This document shows positions 46,672 through 56,792 of a stretch of DNA of 64,000 bases, piece by piece. The DNA lies in the IMG/VR virus record IMGVR_UViG_3300032335_000777, positions 45,984 to 109,983 of that record; one strand, 5' to 3'. This DNA comes from a virus. Its lineage: Duplodnaviria; Caudoviricetes. The notes below the pieces were generated by a model, which saw only the letters and a list, made by a program, of their open reading frames with translations, searched no databases and was not told the DNA's origin. Both the position numbers and the translations under genes were made by a program. The number at the start of each line of letters is the position of its first letter. Within the stretch, counting starts at the first letter, position 1.

Positions 46672-47170
46672 TATGAGACATCTCATGTGGCTAGAGGTTA
46701 ACTTAAAGGTTAACTTCTACCAACCTGAGAAACTTGAGAAGGGTATGATCTTTATGAATAGTTTATATCCAGGAACAGACAAAGAGTTTGTTGAGCTATG
46801 GTTGCTTGAAGAAGACATCATTGAAGAAGAATATGACAACTTTGTCAACAAGAATGGTTTTCCTGTTGAGATGATGCTCACACTAGAAATGGATAATCCT
46901 GATGAAGCTGATTTAATTGTGGCATATCCGCCAGAAATAGGATGGATTCATCAAGATGATGACTCAATTAGAGAGTTTGATGTTGATGATGCTAATTGGA
47001 TTATTCAGAAAAACTATGGAAAGGTGAGTCTTCTCATTGATGAGCAAGCCTATGATCAAGATGGTACAATTTATACAATTACAGAAGATCAAGAAGTGAT
47101 CATGAAATATCAATTCATAGATGATTTGTATGATGATGATCATGATTGGGATGAATACTTGCAAGACTAA
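46652..47170 (+). CDS. Acidic hypothetical protein
   Basis: About 170 aa, D/E-rich; start may be ATG 46673. Confidence 0.6.
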   Translation: MGGSLFDMRHLMWLEVNLKVNFYQPEKLEKGMIFMNSLYPGTDKEFVELWLLEEDIIEEEYDNFVNKNGFPVEMMLTLEMDNPDEADLIVAYPPEIGWIHQDDDSIREFDVDDANWIIQKNYGKVSLLIDEQAYDQDGTIYTITEDQEVIMKYQFIDDLYDDDHDWDEYLQD

Positions 47171-47203
47171 CTAAAATTGTGTATTTTACTAACGACAAAG
47201 GTT

Positions 47204-47512
47204 ATGCCAATAAGTAGTGGAAATAGACAAACTATGACTATCAAACGTGTACCAAAAGAAGTTTATTGGATAACGTTTGTTCTTCTAGATGAAAGGCAAT
47301 TAAGCTTTATGGTATCTAAGACAAGAAAGATTGAAGGAAAAAAGAAAACAAAAGTTTACTTTATCCCTAGATCAATTGTATTAGATTATGAAAAAAGGGA
47401 ACAGAGTAAAAATTTTCCTGATGGTTCAGGTGAAAAATGGTACTCAATTCCAAAAATTGATTTAAAATTACCAAAATGGTATTGTGAAAAAGAGTTAGGA
47501 TTTTATAAATAA
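47204..47512 (+). CDS. Hypothetical basic protein
   Basis: FIPRS...LPKWY pattern; ATG 47204 preferred. Confidence 0.55.
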   Translation: MPISSGNRQTMTIKRVPKEVYWITFVLLDERQLSFMVSKTRKIEGKKKTKVYFIPRSIVLDYEKREQSKNFPDGSGEKWYSIPKIDLKLPKWYCEKELGFYK

Positions 47513-47518
47513 ATAATA

Positions 47519-47728
47519 ATGGAATTAAAAAGTTTGAATTCTGTACTAATTGAATATGCATACTATTTAAAGGATGACATAATTGATAATGATAAGTCTA
47601 TCAGTGATTTAAAACCTGAAGATAGTGTCAAGATGTTTTTGAATAACTGGAAGAAAAGAATGGAAGAAAAAATACAGAAAGAACTTGAAGCTGATAAAAA
47701 AATAAAAGAAAAAATAACTAAATCGTAA
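47519..47728 (+). CDS. Hypothetical protein
   Basis: 69 aa. Confidence 0.55.
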   Translation: MELKSLNSVLIEYAYYLKDDIIDNDKSISDLKPEDSVKMFLNNWKKRMEEKIQKELEADKKIKEKITKS

Positions 47729-47758
47729 AACCAATAGTAATGGTGTATAATCAAACAT

Positions 47759-49726
47759 ATGAATGTTCTAATTTATGACATTGAAACTCTGAAAGAAATG
47801 TTTCTCGTGGGGATTTATATTCCTCACGAGAATACATATCATGAGTTTGAGGTGAGCAAAAGCAAATACGATTTAGATAGATTTGTAGAGTTCTCAGAGA
47901 AGTATAAAGACTTCTATTGGGTGGGCTACAATAATCTAAGATTTGACTGTCAGGTTGTTGAATGGATCTTGAGAAAGTGCCATGACTGGGGAGAGAAATC
48001 TAATCTAGATGTAGCAGGTATGATTGCTCAAAAAGCGCAGGATGTTATTCATGATGCTAATTATGATGTGTTTGCTGAATACAGAGAAGAAGATCTTACA
48101 CTCAAGCAGATTGATTTGTTCAAGATACATCACTTTGACAATAAGAATAGACGTGTTAGTCTAAAGAGACTAGAGTTTGAAATGGATCTTGAGAATATTG
48201 AAGAGATGCCCATTCATCACACAAAGGTGGGAATGACTCTAGATGATAGAAAACTCACACGTCAGTATTGTAAGAATGATGTTATGGCCACTTATGAGTT
48301 TTACAAGGTGACTATAGGTGAAACAGATCATCCGTTGTACAAGGGTAATGATCAGATACAGCTGAGACTAGATATAGAAAAAGAGTTTGACATTCCATGT
48401 ATAAACTATTCAGACAGTAAGATTGGTGATGAGATCATTAAGAAATACTATTCTGAAGAGAAGCAGATAGATATCAAAACACTTCCTAGAAAAGGTAAAT
48501 TTAGATCTCATGTATATCTGAATAAATGTATAGCTCCTTACGTGCAGTTTAAAACTGTTCAGCTAGATCAGTTTCTTAAAAAACTGAGAGGTATGAAAAT
48601 GGGAATGACAGATGATTTCAAAGAACAAATACATTTCTATGACAATGTGTACTCGTTTATGAAAGGTGGATTGCACACAGAAAACAAACCAGAAGTGTTT
48701 GAAGAGGATGAAGATCATCTCATCATTGACTGGGACGTTTCTAGCTACTATCCTGCCATTATTATCAACAACAAGCAGTATCCATATCATTTAGGGAAAG
48801 AGTTTCTTACAGGCTATAAAAAGATGTATGAGAAGCGTCTTGAATTAAAGCCTTTTGCAAAGAATGATAAGAAGATTAAGGGTATTGTTGGTGCTTTGAA
48901 GCTTGCTGTAAACTCTGTGTATGGTAAATCTAGTGACATGAATAGTTGGATATATGATAGACAACTCACTATGTTTACAACCATCACAGGAGAATTGTCC
49001 TTGATGATGCTCATTGAAGAGTATGAAACCAAAGACATACGTGTCATATCAGCAAACACTGATGGTGTTACAATCTACATCCACAAAAGCAAACTAGCTG
49101 AGATGGATAAGATTAATGACTGGTGGTGTAAGATTACAGGATATGAGCTTGAAAGAGCTGACTACAAGAAGATTATATTTTCAACAGTTAATGATTATTT
49201 AGCAATTAAAACAGATGGAGAAATTAAAAAGAAAGGAGACTTTCTCACGGATTTTGAACTTCATAAAAACAAGTCCGCCAGAATTGTTCCTCTTGCTCTT
49301 GAGCGTTACTTTGTTGATGGTGTTCCTATTTCTAAAAGTATTATTCTTCATAGAAGTCCTTATGATTTTTGCATAAGACAAAAATCAAACAGTGATTTTC
49401 ATTATGAAGGATATAGAAAAGGCATGGAACCATCTATCTACAATAAGCTCATTCGTTACTATGTAACAAGTGGTAATGATGGTGAGAAGTTATTGAAAAT
49501 TAAAAACCAAGACTCACAGTCAACTGCACCAAGCAGTTCACAAGTGGAGGCTGGTGATTGGTTGTGTAAGGTGGTAAACTATCTTCCTGCAAACACAGAT
49601 GTTAAATCAATGAATATTAATTATCAGTATTACATTGATAAGGCTGAAAGTATTGTATTGAAGATTGTTACAAAAGGTAAAAAACGAAAAGTGGAAAGAA
49701 TAGCTAATCAAATTTCTTTATTTTAA
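47759..49726 (+). CDS. polB: DNA polymerase family B
   Basis: ExoI YDIE, ExoII YNNLRFD, ExoIII YCKND, motif A DWDVSSYYP, motif B KLAVNSVYGK, motif C ANTDG. Confidence 0.95.
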   Translation: MNVLIYDIETLKEMFLVGIYIPHENTYHEFEVSKSKYDLDRFVEFSEKYKDFYWVGYNNLRFDCQVVEWILRKCHDWGEKSNLDVAGMIAQKAQDVIHDANYDVFAEYREEDLTLKQIDLFKIHHFDNKNRRVSLKRLEFEMDLENIEEMPIHHTKVGMTLDDRKLTRQYCKNDVMATYEFYKVTIGETDHPLYKGNDQIQLRLDIEKEFDIPCINYSDSKIGDEIIKKYYSEEKQIDIKTLPRKGKFRSHVYLNKCIAPYVQFKTVQLDQFLKKLRGMKMGMTDDFKEQIHFYDNVYSFMKGGLHTENKPEVFEEDEDHLIIDWDVSSYYPAIIINNKQYPYHLGKEFLTGYKKMYEKRLELKPFAKNDKKIKGIVGALKLAVNSVYGKSSDMNSWIYDRQLTMFTTITGELSLMMLIEEYETKDIRVISANTDGVTIYIHKSKLAEMDKINDWWCKITGYELERADYKKIIFSTVNDYLAIKTDGEIKKKGDFLTDFELHKNKSARIVPLALERYFVDGVPISKSIILHRSPYDFCIRQKSNSDFHYEGYRKGMEPSIYNKLIRYYVTSGNDGEKLLKIKNQDSQSTAPSSSQVEAGDWLCKVVNYLPANTDVKSMNINYQYYIDKAESIVLKIVTKGKKRKVERIANQISLF

Positions 49727-49728
49727 TT

Positions 49729-50238
49729 ATGGAAGAAGAAAAATCTTATACACAAATAGAAACACTACCTCCTGTTAACTTTATTCCTGTATATCGAAGA
49801 TCAATGAAGATTCCAATAGTAAGAGGCAGTAGATACTTTGATCTGTATGGTGTAGTGCATGTAGTGATATACTCTAAGCCAGACACAATTAAGTTGATGC
49901 CAATTAAAAAAAATGCTATGATTGATGTTTGGGAAGTAGATGAGTTTAAAAACCAAGTGAGGCTTTTAAAGTTCACACATGTCCCACATCCTCCAATAAA
50001 TAGAGAAAATGTTTCAGAACATCTTCTGGAATACCAGTTCAACATTATTGGTAGGACAATGGCAAACACTATTACAGAAACAGAATGGAAGAAAGAATGG
50101 AAACTGACTAAGAAGCAAAAGGAAATATTCAAGAGTTATGCCCTTGGAATATTAAAAAAAGTTTTTAGATTCAACGGATCAAAGGCTCGTGAAACATACG
50201 AGTTCTTTGATAAAAACTTTGGACTTCTAACGCTTTGA
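49729..50238 (+). CDS. Hypothetical protein
   Basis: 169 aa, directly after polB. Confidence 0.6.
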   Translation: MEEEKSYTQIETLPPVNFIPVYRRSMKIPIVRGSRYFDLYGVVHVVIYSKPDTIKLMPIKKNAMIDVWEVDEFKNQVRLLKFTHVPHPPINRENVSEHLLEYQFNIIGRTMANTITETEWKKEWKLTKKQKEIFKSYALGILKKVFRFNGSKARETYEFFDKNFGLLTL

Positions 50239-50241
50239 ATC

Positions 50242-50334
50242 ATGTCTTATTTTATTCTGTTCTATTTTTTGTTTAGCACTGCATTATTTATTGCACTAGT
50301 AGAATTTATAATTAAACACGATAGAAAACGATGA
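50242..50334 (+). CDS. 30-aa TM peptide
   Basis: MSYFILFYFLFSTALFIALVEFIIKHDRKR; ATGA overlap with the next ORF. Confidence 0.45.
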   Translation: MSYFILFYFLFSTALFIALVEFIIKHDRKR

Positions 50335-50510
50335 ACACAAACGAAGATTACGAACACGAACACGTTAGAGAAGCTGCCATCATACGCTTGCAGATGAGAG
50401 AAGAAGTAGAACAAGCAAACCACGAGTATGAGAAAATAAAACCTGCAAAAATCATCGTAACCACAGAGAAGAAGAACAATGAAGTTCAATGTGACACCCT
50501 CCCATTTTGA
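50331..50510 (+). CDS. 59-aa protein ending DTLPF
   Basis: Fills the gap before 50479; just below the ORF track cutoff. Confidence 0.55.
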   Translation: MNTNEDYEHEHVREAAIIRLQMREEVEQANHEYEKIKPAKIIVTTEKKNNEVQCDTLPF

Positions 50511-51102
50511 ACAACTTCTCAAACAATCCTATAGTCTAGATCACATTTTCTTATTGAAGCTTGTAGAGGCCAATGTTGACATACAACCATTAACAGATGG
50601 AAGTATGAAGATAGCTGGCCTCTATCAATCTTTGATCAGGAAAGGTCTTATCTCTGATGTAACACAAGAAGTTACACAACTAGGAAGAGAGTTGTTGACA
50701 TTTGCTGATTCAGAAGTGAAACAGCCTATGAAAAAACTGAAGCAAAAATCATCAGACTTTGAAAACTGGTGGAATGCATTTCCATCTACAGACAACTTTG
50801 AGCACAAGGGAAAGAAGTTTCCTGGATCAAGGGCGTTAAAGAGAGCTAGAGAGGATTGTAGAATCAAATTCAACAAGATTCTTGCTGAAGGAGAATATGT
50901 TGCACAAGACATCATTGATGCTACTAATCTAGATGTATATCTAAAGAAGGAAGCTTCTTTACGAAGTGGTGATAATAAGCTTAGCTTCTTGCAGAATAGT
51001 CTCACTTATCTTGCACAGAGAAGTTTTGAGCCATTTATAGAGATGATTAAAACAGGAGTGGAAGTACCTAACGCACAAACAAAAAGATCAGTGGATATAT
51101 GA
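50479..51102 (+). CDS. Putative replication initiator/helicase loader
   Basis: N-terminal wHTH-like (LIRKGLI..VTQLG), FENWWNAFP and C-terminal TYL; overlaps the dnaB start. Confidence 0.55.
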   Translation: MKFNVTPSHFEQLLKQSYSLDHIFLLKLVEANVDIQPLTDGSMKIAGLYQSLIRKGLISDVTQEVTQLGRELLTFADSEVKQPMKKLKQKSSDFENWWNAFPSTDNFEHKGKKFPGSRALKRAREDCRIKFNKILAEGEYVAQDIIDATNLDVYLKKEASLRSGDNKLSFLQNSLTYLAQRSFEPFIEMIKTGVEVPNAQTKRSVDI

Positions 51103-52181
51103 GTTTTGACGCACTAAAGAGAGAGGTAGACAATGGTCTAAATGGTAGAAACAATGGTATTCCTATGGGGTTTCATCGTCTTAATAGATACATAGGCATT
51201 CGTAAAAGAATGTACTTTGTAACAGGCGGTTTGACAGGCTCAGGTAAGACTAGCTTTGTTGATGATGCGTTTGTTTTGAATCCTTATGACTGGTATATCA
51301 GTCAGAAAGACCCAAAATTCAAACTTCGTATTATATATCGGTCAATGGAGCGTAGTAGAACGTACAAACTTGCTAAGTGGGTGTGCAGAAAAATCTTTCT
51401 AGATCATGGCTACATCATCCCTGTAAGTAAGTTGTTAGGTTGGACTGAGAAGATGACAAAAGATGAGCATGACATATTTCTATTGTACAAAGACTACATG
51501 GAACAAATGGATGATGTCATCACCATCATTGATGGTCCAGAGAACCCTGTTGGTATTGCTAAAGACTTAAGAAGTCATGCATTAAAGCATGGTGTCATTG
51601 AGCAGCTTGATGAGTACAACAAGATTTATATTCCTAATGATGAGAATGAAGTGACCATTGTTGTTGTAGATCACCTAGGGTTACTCAAAACTACCAAAGA
51701 GCTCACTACAAAAAAGCAAACTATTGACAAGATGAGTGATGAACTCAGATATGCAAGAGACTTCTATGGTTATACCATTGTGGCTGTGCAGCAGTTTAAT
51801 CGTGATATTTCAAATCCTATTAGAATCAAAAATGGTGATGTAGAACCGCAGCTAGAAGACTTCAAAGAATCATCAGTTCCTCAAGAAGATGCTGACGTTG
51901 TGCTAGCACTATTTGATCCTATGCGATACAAGGTGAGTGATCCTAGTGGTTATAATCTTGACAAGCTGATTGATGAATATGGTGGTAAGTATTTCAGATC
52001 ATTAAGACTCATCAAGAACAGCTATGGTGAAGATGATGTAAGAATTGGTCTTGGCTTCTTGGGCCAGATAGGTATGTTCAAGGAACTTCCCAAGAGGAAG
52101 GATATTACAGATGTAGAATATGAAAATGTTGTAAACAAAAGCTTCTTCTTAAATGATCAACATAGCTCAACATTGCGATAA
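51099..52181 (+). CDS. dnaB: Replicative DnaB-like (SF4) helicase
   Basis: GLTGSGKTS, SME, VVDHLGLL, QQFNR, DFKESS..EDADVV, KNSYG. Confidence 0.9.
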   Translation: MSFDALKREVDNGLNGRNNGIPMGFHRLNRYIGIRKRMYFVTGGLTGSGKTSFVDDAFVLNPYDWYISQKDPKFKLRIIYRSMERSRTYKLAKWVCRKIFLDHGYIIPVSKLLGWTEKMTKDEHDIFLLYKDYMEQMDDVITIIDGPENPVGIAKDLRSHALKHGVIEQLDEYNKIYIPNDENEVTIVVVDHLGLLKTTKELTTKKQTIDKMSDELRYARDFYGYTIVAVQQFNRDISNPIRIKNGDVEPQLEDFKESSVPQEDADVVLALFDPMRYKVSDPSGYNLDKLIDEYGGKYFRSLRLIKNSYGEDDVRIGLGFLGQIGMFKELPKRKDITDVEYENVVNKSFFLNDQHSSTLR

Positions 52182-52311
52182 GTGTAAGAACGTTACGAGT
52201 CACACCCTGAATAATGGTGTGATTTTGTGTTTAAAGTGTAAAAAGCAAACAAAACTGAATAATAATGAAAAGAGAACAGTTAGTAAAATTTCTGAAAGAA
52301 CTACAGAGTGA
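52153..52311 (+). CDS. Zn-ribbon peptide (52 aa)
   Basis: CDKC....H.......CLKC. Confidence 0.5.
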   Translation: MINIAQHCDKCKNVTSHTLNNGVILCLKCKKQTKLNNNEKRTVSKISERTTE

Positions 52312-52432
52312 TGAATATGATCCTGAAGAAGTTGCAAGTATGAATAAATCACAGATAGTACAAGCTATTATTGATTGTGCATTATTCTACAAATACTATG
52401 ATAATGACACTGAGGGACCAACGACAGGCTGA
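52265..52432 (+). CDS. Hypothetical protein (55 aa)
   Basis: MKREQLVKFLKELQSDEYDPEE... Confidence 0.5.
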   Translation: MKREQLVKFLKELQSDEYDPEEVASMNKSQIVQAIIDCALFYKYYDNDTEGPTTG

Positions 52433-53498
52433 GTTTGCAAAAGCTTGGAAAGACAAAGGAGAATATGGTATTCTCTATTTGTGCCCACGATTTGGGAAGA
52501 TTAGAACTAGCATCAATGTACTGAAGGAGTTTCCTAAAGATGCAAGTGTACTTATTGCCTATCCAGACAATAAGATAAAGCAATCCTGGTTAGATGATTT
52601 CGAAGCTCTTGGATATGATAATGAGAACATCACGTTCACAACACATCTTTCATTGAAGAAATATGCAGGAGAGAAGTTTGACTTAGTGATTGTAGATGAA
52701 ATACATCTTCTTAGTGAAGCACAGATTGAGGTGTGTCAAGACTTCTTTGACATTAATCAGAAAGTGTTAGGGCTAACAGGAACTCTTGCTAAAGAAACAA
52801 AGAATGTATTGGCGGAATATTTAGCACTGAACATCGTTGCTGAATATCCTCTTGAGAGAGCAATAGAGGAGGGAATCATTGTAGACTATGAAATAACTGT
52901 TGTGACAACACCTTTAGACATTATCACTAAACAAAATTATGGTGGTAAAGAAAAGACAGAAAAGCAACAGTTTGATAGCTATAGTTGGGTGATTAACAAG
53001 ATGCAATCAGAACGTAGAGATACTATGTTTCTTAGACTAGCAAGGATGAGACTCATACAATCTTCTTTAGCAAAGAAAAATCTTACAAAAAAGTTGATTA
53101 GCAAGCACCAGGATGAGAGAATGCTCATATTCTGTGGTGTAACAAAGGTGGCTGATGATTTAGGAATTCCTTCCTATCACAGCAAGTCCAGCGAAAAGAA
53201 AATGTTCAATGATTTCGCTGAAGGAAAAGGTAATCACATGGCTGTTGTGAAGATTGGCAACACAGGTGTGACATACAAACCCTTGAATCGTGTAGTGATT
53301 AATTACTTTGACAGCAATAGTGAAAACCTTGCTCAGAAGATTCAGAGATGCACAGCTATGGAGTACAACAACCCTGATAAAAAAGCTCAGATATACATTA
53401 TATCAAGCAATGAACAGGTGGAGTTGAAGTGGTTGCAAAAGTCTTTAGAGTTCTTTGACAGGAGTAAAATTAAGTTTGTTGAAAGTAGGAATTTATAA
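52404..53498 (+). CDS. Superfamily 2 helicase
   Basis: Q-motif LRDQRQ, PRFGK, VDEIH, GLTGT, C-terminal RecA-like domain. Confidence 0.85.
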   Translation: MTLRDQRQAEFAKAWKDKGEYGILYLCPRFGKIRTSINVLKEFPKDASVLIAYPDNKIKQSWLDDFEALGYDNENITFTTHLSLKKYAGEKFDLVIVDEIHLLSEAQIEVCQDFFDINQKVLGLTGTLAKETKNVLAEYLALNIVAEYPLERAIEEGIIVDYEITVVTTPLDIITKQNYGGKEKTEKQQFDSYSWVINKMQSERRDTMFLRLARMRLIQSSLAKKNLTKKLISKHQDERMLIFCGVTKVADDLGIPSYHSKSSEKKMFNDFAEGKGNHMAVVKIGNTGVTYKPLNRVVINYFDSNSENLAQKIQRCTAMEYNNPDKKAQIYIISSNEQVELKWLQKSLEFFDRSKIKFVESRNL

Positions 53499-53530
53499 TC
53501 AAAAAAGTGTATATTTATAATCAAAAAAGT
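53491..53530 (+). repeat. 18-bp direct repeat (ATTTATAATCAAAAAAGT x2)
   Basis: Copies at 53491-53508 and 53513-53530 upstream of the ATPase gene. Confidence 0.85.
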
Positions 53531-53552
53531 TAAAACCTAAAAATCAAAGCAA

Positions 53553-54224
53553 ATGGCAAGTAAACTGATTGGGATTGTTGGAGAAACATCCACAGGAAAA
53601 TCAACATCAATCAAACACCTAAATCCAGATGAGACTTACATCATCAATGTAGCTAAGAAGGAGCTTCCCTTCAAAGGCTCTGAGAAGATGTACAGCGCAG
53701 AAAAAAAGAATTACAAGGAGGTAGATGATGCTAATGAAATTTCAAGGCTTCTGAAAACTATTTCTGAGAAAGCACCACACATCAAGAACATCGTGATCGA
53801 GGACTCGAATTACATCATGGGTTTCACTATGGTTTCTAAAGCTACAGAAACAGGCTATCAAAAGTTTTCTATTATGGCTAAGGACATGGTGGATTTGTTT
53901 AGAACAGCAAGAATGCTCAGAGATGACATTGTTGTGTTCTATTTCACTCACCCAGAAGTGATTGAAGATTCTGGTGAAATCATTGGTTACAAGATTAAAA
54001 CAGCAGGTAAATTGATTGACAACCAAGTGTTGTTAGAAGGCTTGATGACTGTATGTCTTTACACTCTTGTAGAAGAGCAGAAAGATGGTACAGCTACATA
54101 CAGCTTCATAACTAACAGGTTTAGAAAAATGCCAGCTAAATCACCAGATGGTATGTTTTCTGAATTGAAAATTCCAAACAATCTTCAAATTGTTGTGGAT
54201 AATGTAAATGAGTATTATAAATAA
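53553..54224 (+). CDS. AAA_24/Sak4-like P-loop ATPase
   Basis: GETSTGKST, IVIED, FTH.E, KT.GK, AKSP.GMF; adjacent to SSB. Confidence 0.8.
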   Translation: MASKLIGIVGETSTGKSTSIKHLNPDETYIINVAKKELPFKGSEKMYSAEKKNYKEVDDANEISRLLKTISEKAPHIKNIVIEDSNYIMGFTMVSKATETGYQKFSIMAKDMVDLFRTARMLRDDIVVFYFTHPEVIEDSGEIIGYKIKTAGKLIDNQVLLEGLMTVCLYTLVEEQKDGTATYSFITNRFRKMPAKSPDGMFSELKIPNNLQIVVDNVNEYYK

Positions 54225-54247
54225 AAAACAATTAAACAATTAAAGCT

Positions 54248-55141
54248 ATGTCAGGAATTGGCGGATCAAAAAGAGAAAGAAAAGAAGGTGGAAGCGAGTT
54301 TCCAAAAAAAGTTGGCTTATTTGAAGCTAGTGTAATTGCAGTCAATCCAACGATTGAGCAGTACAAAGACATTCTTGGAATCGAACTAAAAGAAGATAGC
54401 AAAGCAACTGAATATCTTGGTGAGAGTAGAGATGGTAATACTAACATTAGAATTAGCGTCTGGTTGAAAGATGTTAAGTCTGGTCAGAATTTCAACATCA
54501 ACTACTTTCTAGAAGATAAAGAGCGTGAGAACAAAGATGGAACCAAAAAGCAATATATTAACCAACTAGGACTTTGCGCTTGGGCAGCTGATGAAGATGG
54601 TCTTGCACAGTGGTTCAAAGGAACTACTGACAATCCAAAAGATTTCAGAGTGGCTTATGTTGGTGAAGAGGAATTCTATGAGTTCTTGCGTAACTGGTTG
54701 TGTGAACTAGACTATAGCAGAAATGATACTACACTTTCTCTAGATTGGAAGAAACTAATCAGAGGCAATGTGAAAGAAATCACTTCTCAAATCAATGGTG
54801 AGTATTGTGGAAACTTTGTAGCAATGGCTACAATCACCACCAGAGAGAAAGATGGTGAGTTGAAGGAGTATCAGAGTGTGTATAACAAAGCATTTCTTCC
54901 AGCATATTCTTTGAAGCAGTTCAGACTAAAAGAGAATGATTATAATGATTCATCTCGTGTTAGTGCACTACTTACTAAGAAGTCAAAAGATCTTCGTCCA
55001 CACGAAAGATTTGTTGTTAAGATTGCTGGTGAGTATGGATGCAAAGACTACTATACGTTCAAGGACTTGCATGATTATGATCCAGAGATGAATATCGCAG
55101 CATCTGATAAAGTAATTGCTGACGATGATGCTGATTATTGA
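54248..55141 (+). CDS. ssb: Single-stranded DNA-binding protein (crAss-type)
   Basis: VIAVNPT, KKQYINQLG..AW, R.AY.GEE, acidic aromatic tail DDDADY; position after the Sak4-like gene. Confidence 0.6.
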   Translation: MSGIGGSKRERKEGGSEFPKKVGLFEASVIAVNPTIEQYKDILGIELKEDSKATEYLGESRDGNTNIRISVWLKDVKSGQNFNINYFLEDKERENKDGTKKQYINQLGLCAWAADEDGLAQWFKGTTDNPKDFRVAYVGEEEFYEFLRNWLCELDYSRNDTTLSLDWKKLIRGNVKEITSQINGEYCGNFVAMATITTREKDGELKEYQSVYNKAFLPAYSLKQFRLKENDYNDSSRVSALLTKKSKDLRPHERFVVKIAGEYGCKDYYTFKDLHDYDPEMNIAASDKVIADDDADY

Positions 55142-55160
55142 TAAATAATCTTTTAAATTC

Positions 55161-55192
55161 AAGGCTCTCAGCAATGGGAGCCTTTTTTATTT
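55161..55192 (+). terminator. Intrinsic terminator
   Basis: AAGGCUCUCA-GCAA-UGGGAGCCUU then U run. Confidence 0.85.
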
Positions 55193-55199
55193 ACACACT

Positions 55200-55592
55200 A
55201 TGGCAAAAGTAATTTGGATACCTGGAAGCATTGGGGAGCTACTTGATAAAGTGAGCATCCTCAATATTAAACGTGTCATGATCACTGACACAGAGAAGCT
55301 AGCAATGGTAAAGGATGAGCTACAAGAGTTAATGGATGTAGCTACACCCTTTTTAGAAAACAAAGAAGTGGAAGAGCTGTACGATCTTCTCCTGATGGTG
55401 AACAAGAATCTCTGGGACGTAGAAGATGTCCTTAGAAAAATGGAAGCTAACAAACAATTTGATGAAGAATTTATTGCGAAAGCCAGAAGTGTCTATTTCC
55501 TTAATGACAGACGATTTGAACTGAAAAGTAAAATCAATGCTGCAATGGGATCTAGAATAAACGAGGTGAAACAATATGTGAATTATCAATGA
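55200..55592 (+). CDS. DUF6165-like protein
   Basis: SIGELLDKVSIL.IK...VN..LWDVED..R...ARSVY..ND.R..LK..IN.....EVK.Y. Confidence 0.7.
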   Translation: MAKVIWIPGSIGELLDKVSILNIKRVMITDTEKLAMVKDELQELMDVATPFLENKEVEELYDLLLMVNKNLWDVEDVLRKMEANKQFDEEFIAKARSVYFLNDRRFELKSKINAAMGSRINEVKQYVNYQ

Positions 55593-56602
55593 TTACTGGG
55601 GAGAAAAAAGTATTCGAACAACTAAATTTTGAAACCATACTTTCTAAAATATCTGAGTATGATATATTCAGATGGTATATGCCTAATAAGAAATGGGAAG
55701 TTAATAGAGTTACTTATTCTCCATTCAGAAATGAATCTAGGCCCTCTTTTACAATCTATTCTAAAGATGGTAGATTATTCTATCTTGACTTTTCAGACCC
55801 CCACTACAGAGGAGGATGCTTTAATTTTGTAAAGCAGCTATTTAATGTAGGACATAATGAATGTTTGGAAATGATTGATAGAGATTTCAATCTTGGAATT
55901 AGAATAAAGAAGAGAGACGATCTTCCAAGTCATACAGAGATTGTTTCTAAGTATGAACAGCCTGAGAAGTTGGAAAAGAAGTATTCACACATTCAAGTGA
56001 TCACTAGAAAATTCACTAACGAAGAGCTAGAATACTGGAATCAATATCATCAAGACATAGAAGATCTAAAAGAGAATAATGTGTATTCTATTAAGAAACT
56101 TTATTTGAATAGAAGCATCGTCCATCTCAAGGAAACTGAACTTAGGTTTGGCTATTTCTATGATGGACATTGGAAGATCTATAGACCTTTCAGTAAAGAT
56201 TCTAAATGGTTTCCCAACAATACACCAATCACTACTATGGATGGTAAGGATAATCTTGACAAAACCAAGATGGCTTTCATAAACAAGAGTAAGAAAGACT
56301 ATATGGTGATGAAGAAGATTTATCCTCATTCATGCGCTGTCCAAAATGAAGGAGTGGCTTGCTTCTCTGAAGAGAACGTTGATTTCTTGAAACACAACTC
56401 AAGCAGTCAAATCCTTTCTTTTGACAGTGATGTTCCTGGTGTAAAGAATTCTAAAATGGTAACAGAGATGTTCAACTTTGACTATTGTAATGTACCAAAA
56501 TACTATCTACAAGAAGGAATCAAAGACTGGGCAGATCTGGCAAAGAAGTATGGAATGCAAATTATTGAACACTATTTAAAACAAAAATTTATAATACCAT
56601 GA
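55589..56602 (+). CDS. dnaG: DNA primase (crAss-type, TOPRIM)
   Basis: SPFR.E..PSF N-domain, KIYRP, KSKKD, QNE, FDSD..G, KDWAD. Confidence 0.75.
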   Translation: MITGEKKVFEQLNFETILSKISEYDIFRWYMPNKKWEVNRVTYSPFRNESRPSFTIYSKDGRLFYLDFSDPHYRGGCFNFVKQLFNVGHNECLEMIDRDFNLGIRIKKRDDLPSHTEIVSKYEQPEKLEKKYSHIQVITRKFTNEELEYWNQYHQDIEDLKENNVYSIKKLYLNRSIVHLKETELRFGYFYDGHWKIYRPFSKDSKWFPNNTPITTMDGKDNLDKTKMAFINKSKKDYMVMKKIYPHSCAVQNEGVACFSEENVDFLKHNSSSQILSFDSDVPGVKNSKMVTEMFNFDYCNVPKYYLQEGIKDWADLAKKYGMQIIEHYLKQKFIIP

Positions 56603-56790
56603 GCGGAGAAGTAAAAGAGTTAGTGGCATGGTGCGCAGAGCGTGCTAAAAATTGCCCGTCATTAAAAGAAGAGATACAAGATCTGCTAGACCTAGCAATC
56701 AATGAGATTGAAGAAGGAGGATCAATGTATCATGAAATAAGCCTATGTATGGCAGATGTAGAACAACTAATCAAAGAAAACTGTAATTAA
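56599..56790 (+). CDS. Hypothetical protein
   Basis: 63 aa, coupled overlap. Confidence 0.6.
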   Translation: MSGEVKELVAWCAERAKNCPSLKEEIQDLLDLAINEIEEGGSMYHEISLCMADVEQLIKENCN

Positions 56791-56792
56791 TT

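Noticed and set aside
31099-49726. Introns or inteins in MCP, terL or polB
   Set aside because: Lengths and motif spacing look normal; no interruptions or splicing motifs seen
56270-56310. Primase inactivation (KSKKD instead of an acidic TOPRIM ExxxD)
   Set aside because: From recall this variant is usual in crAss-like primases, and the DxD motif is intact
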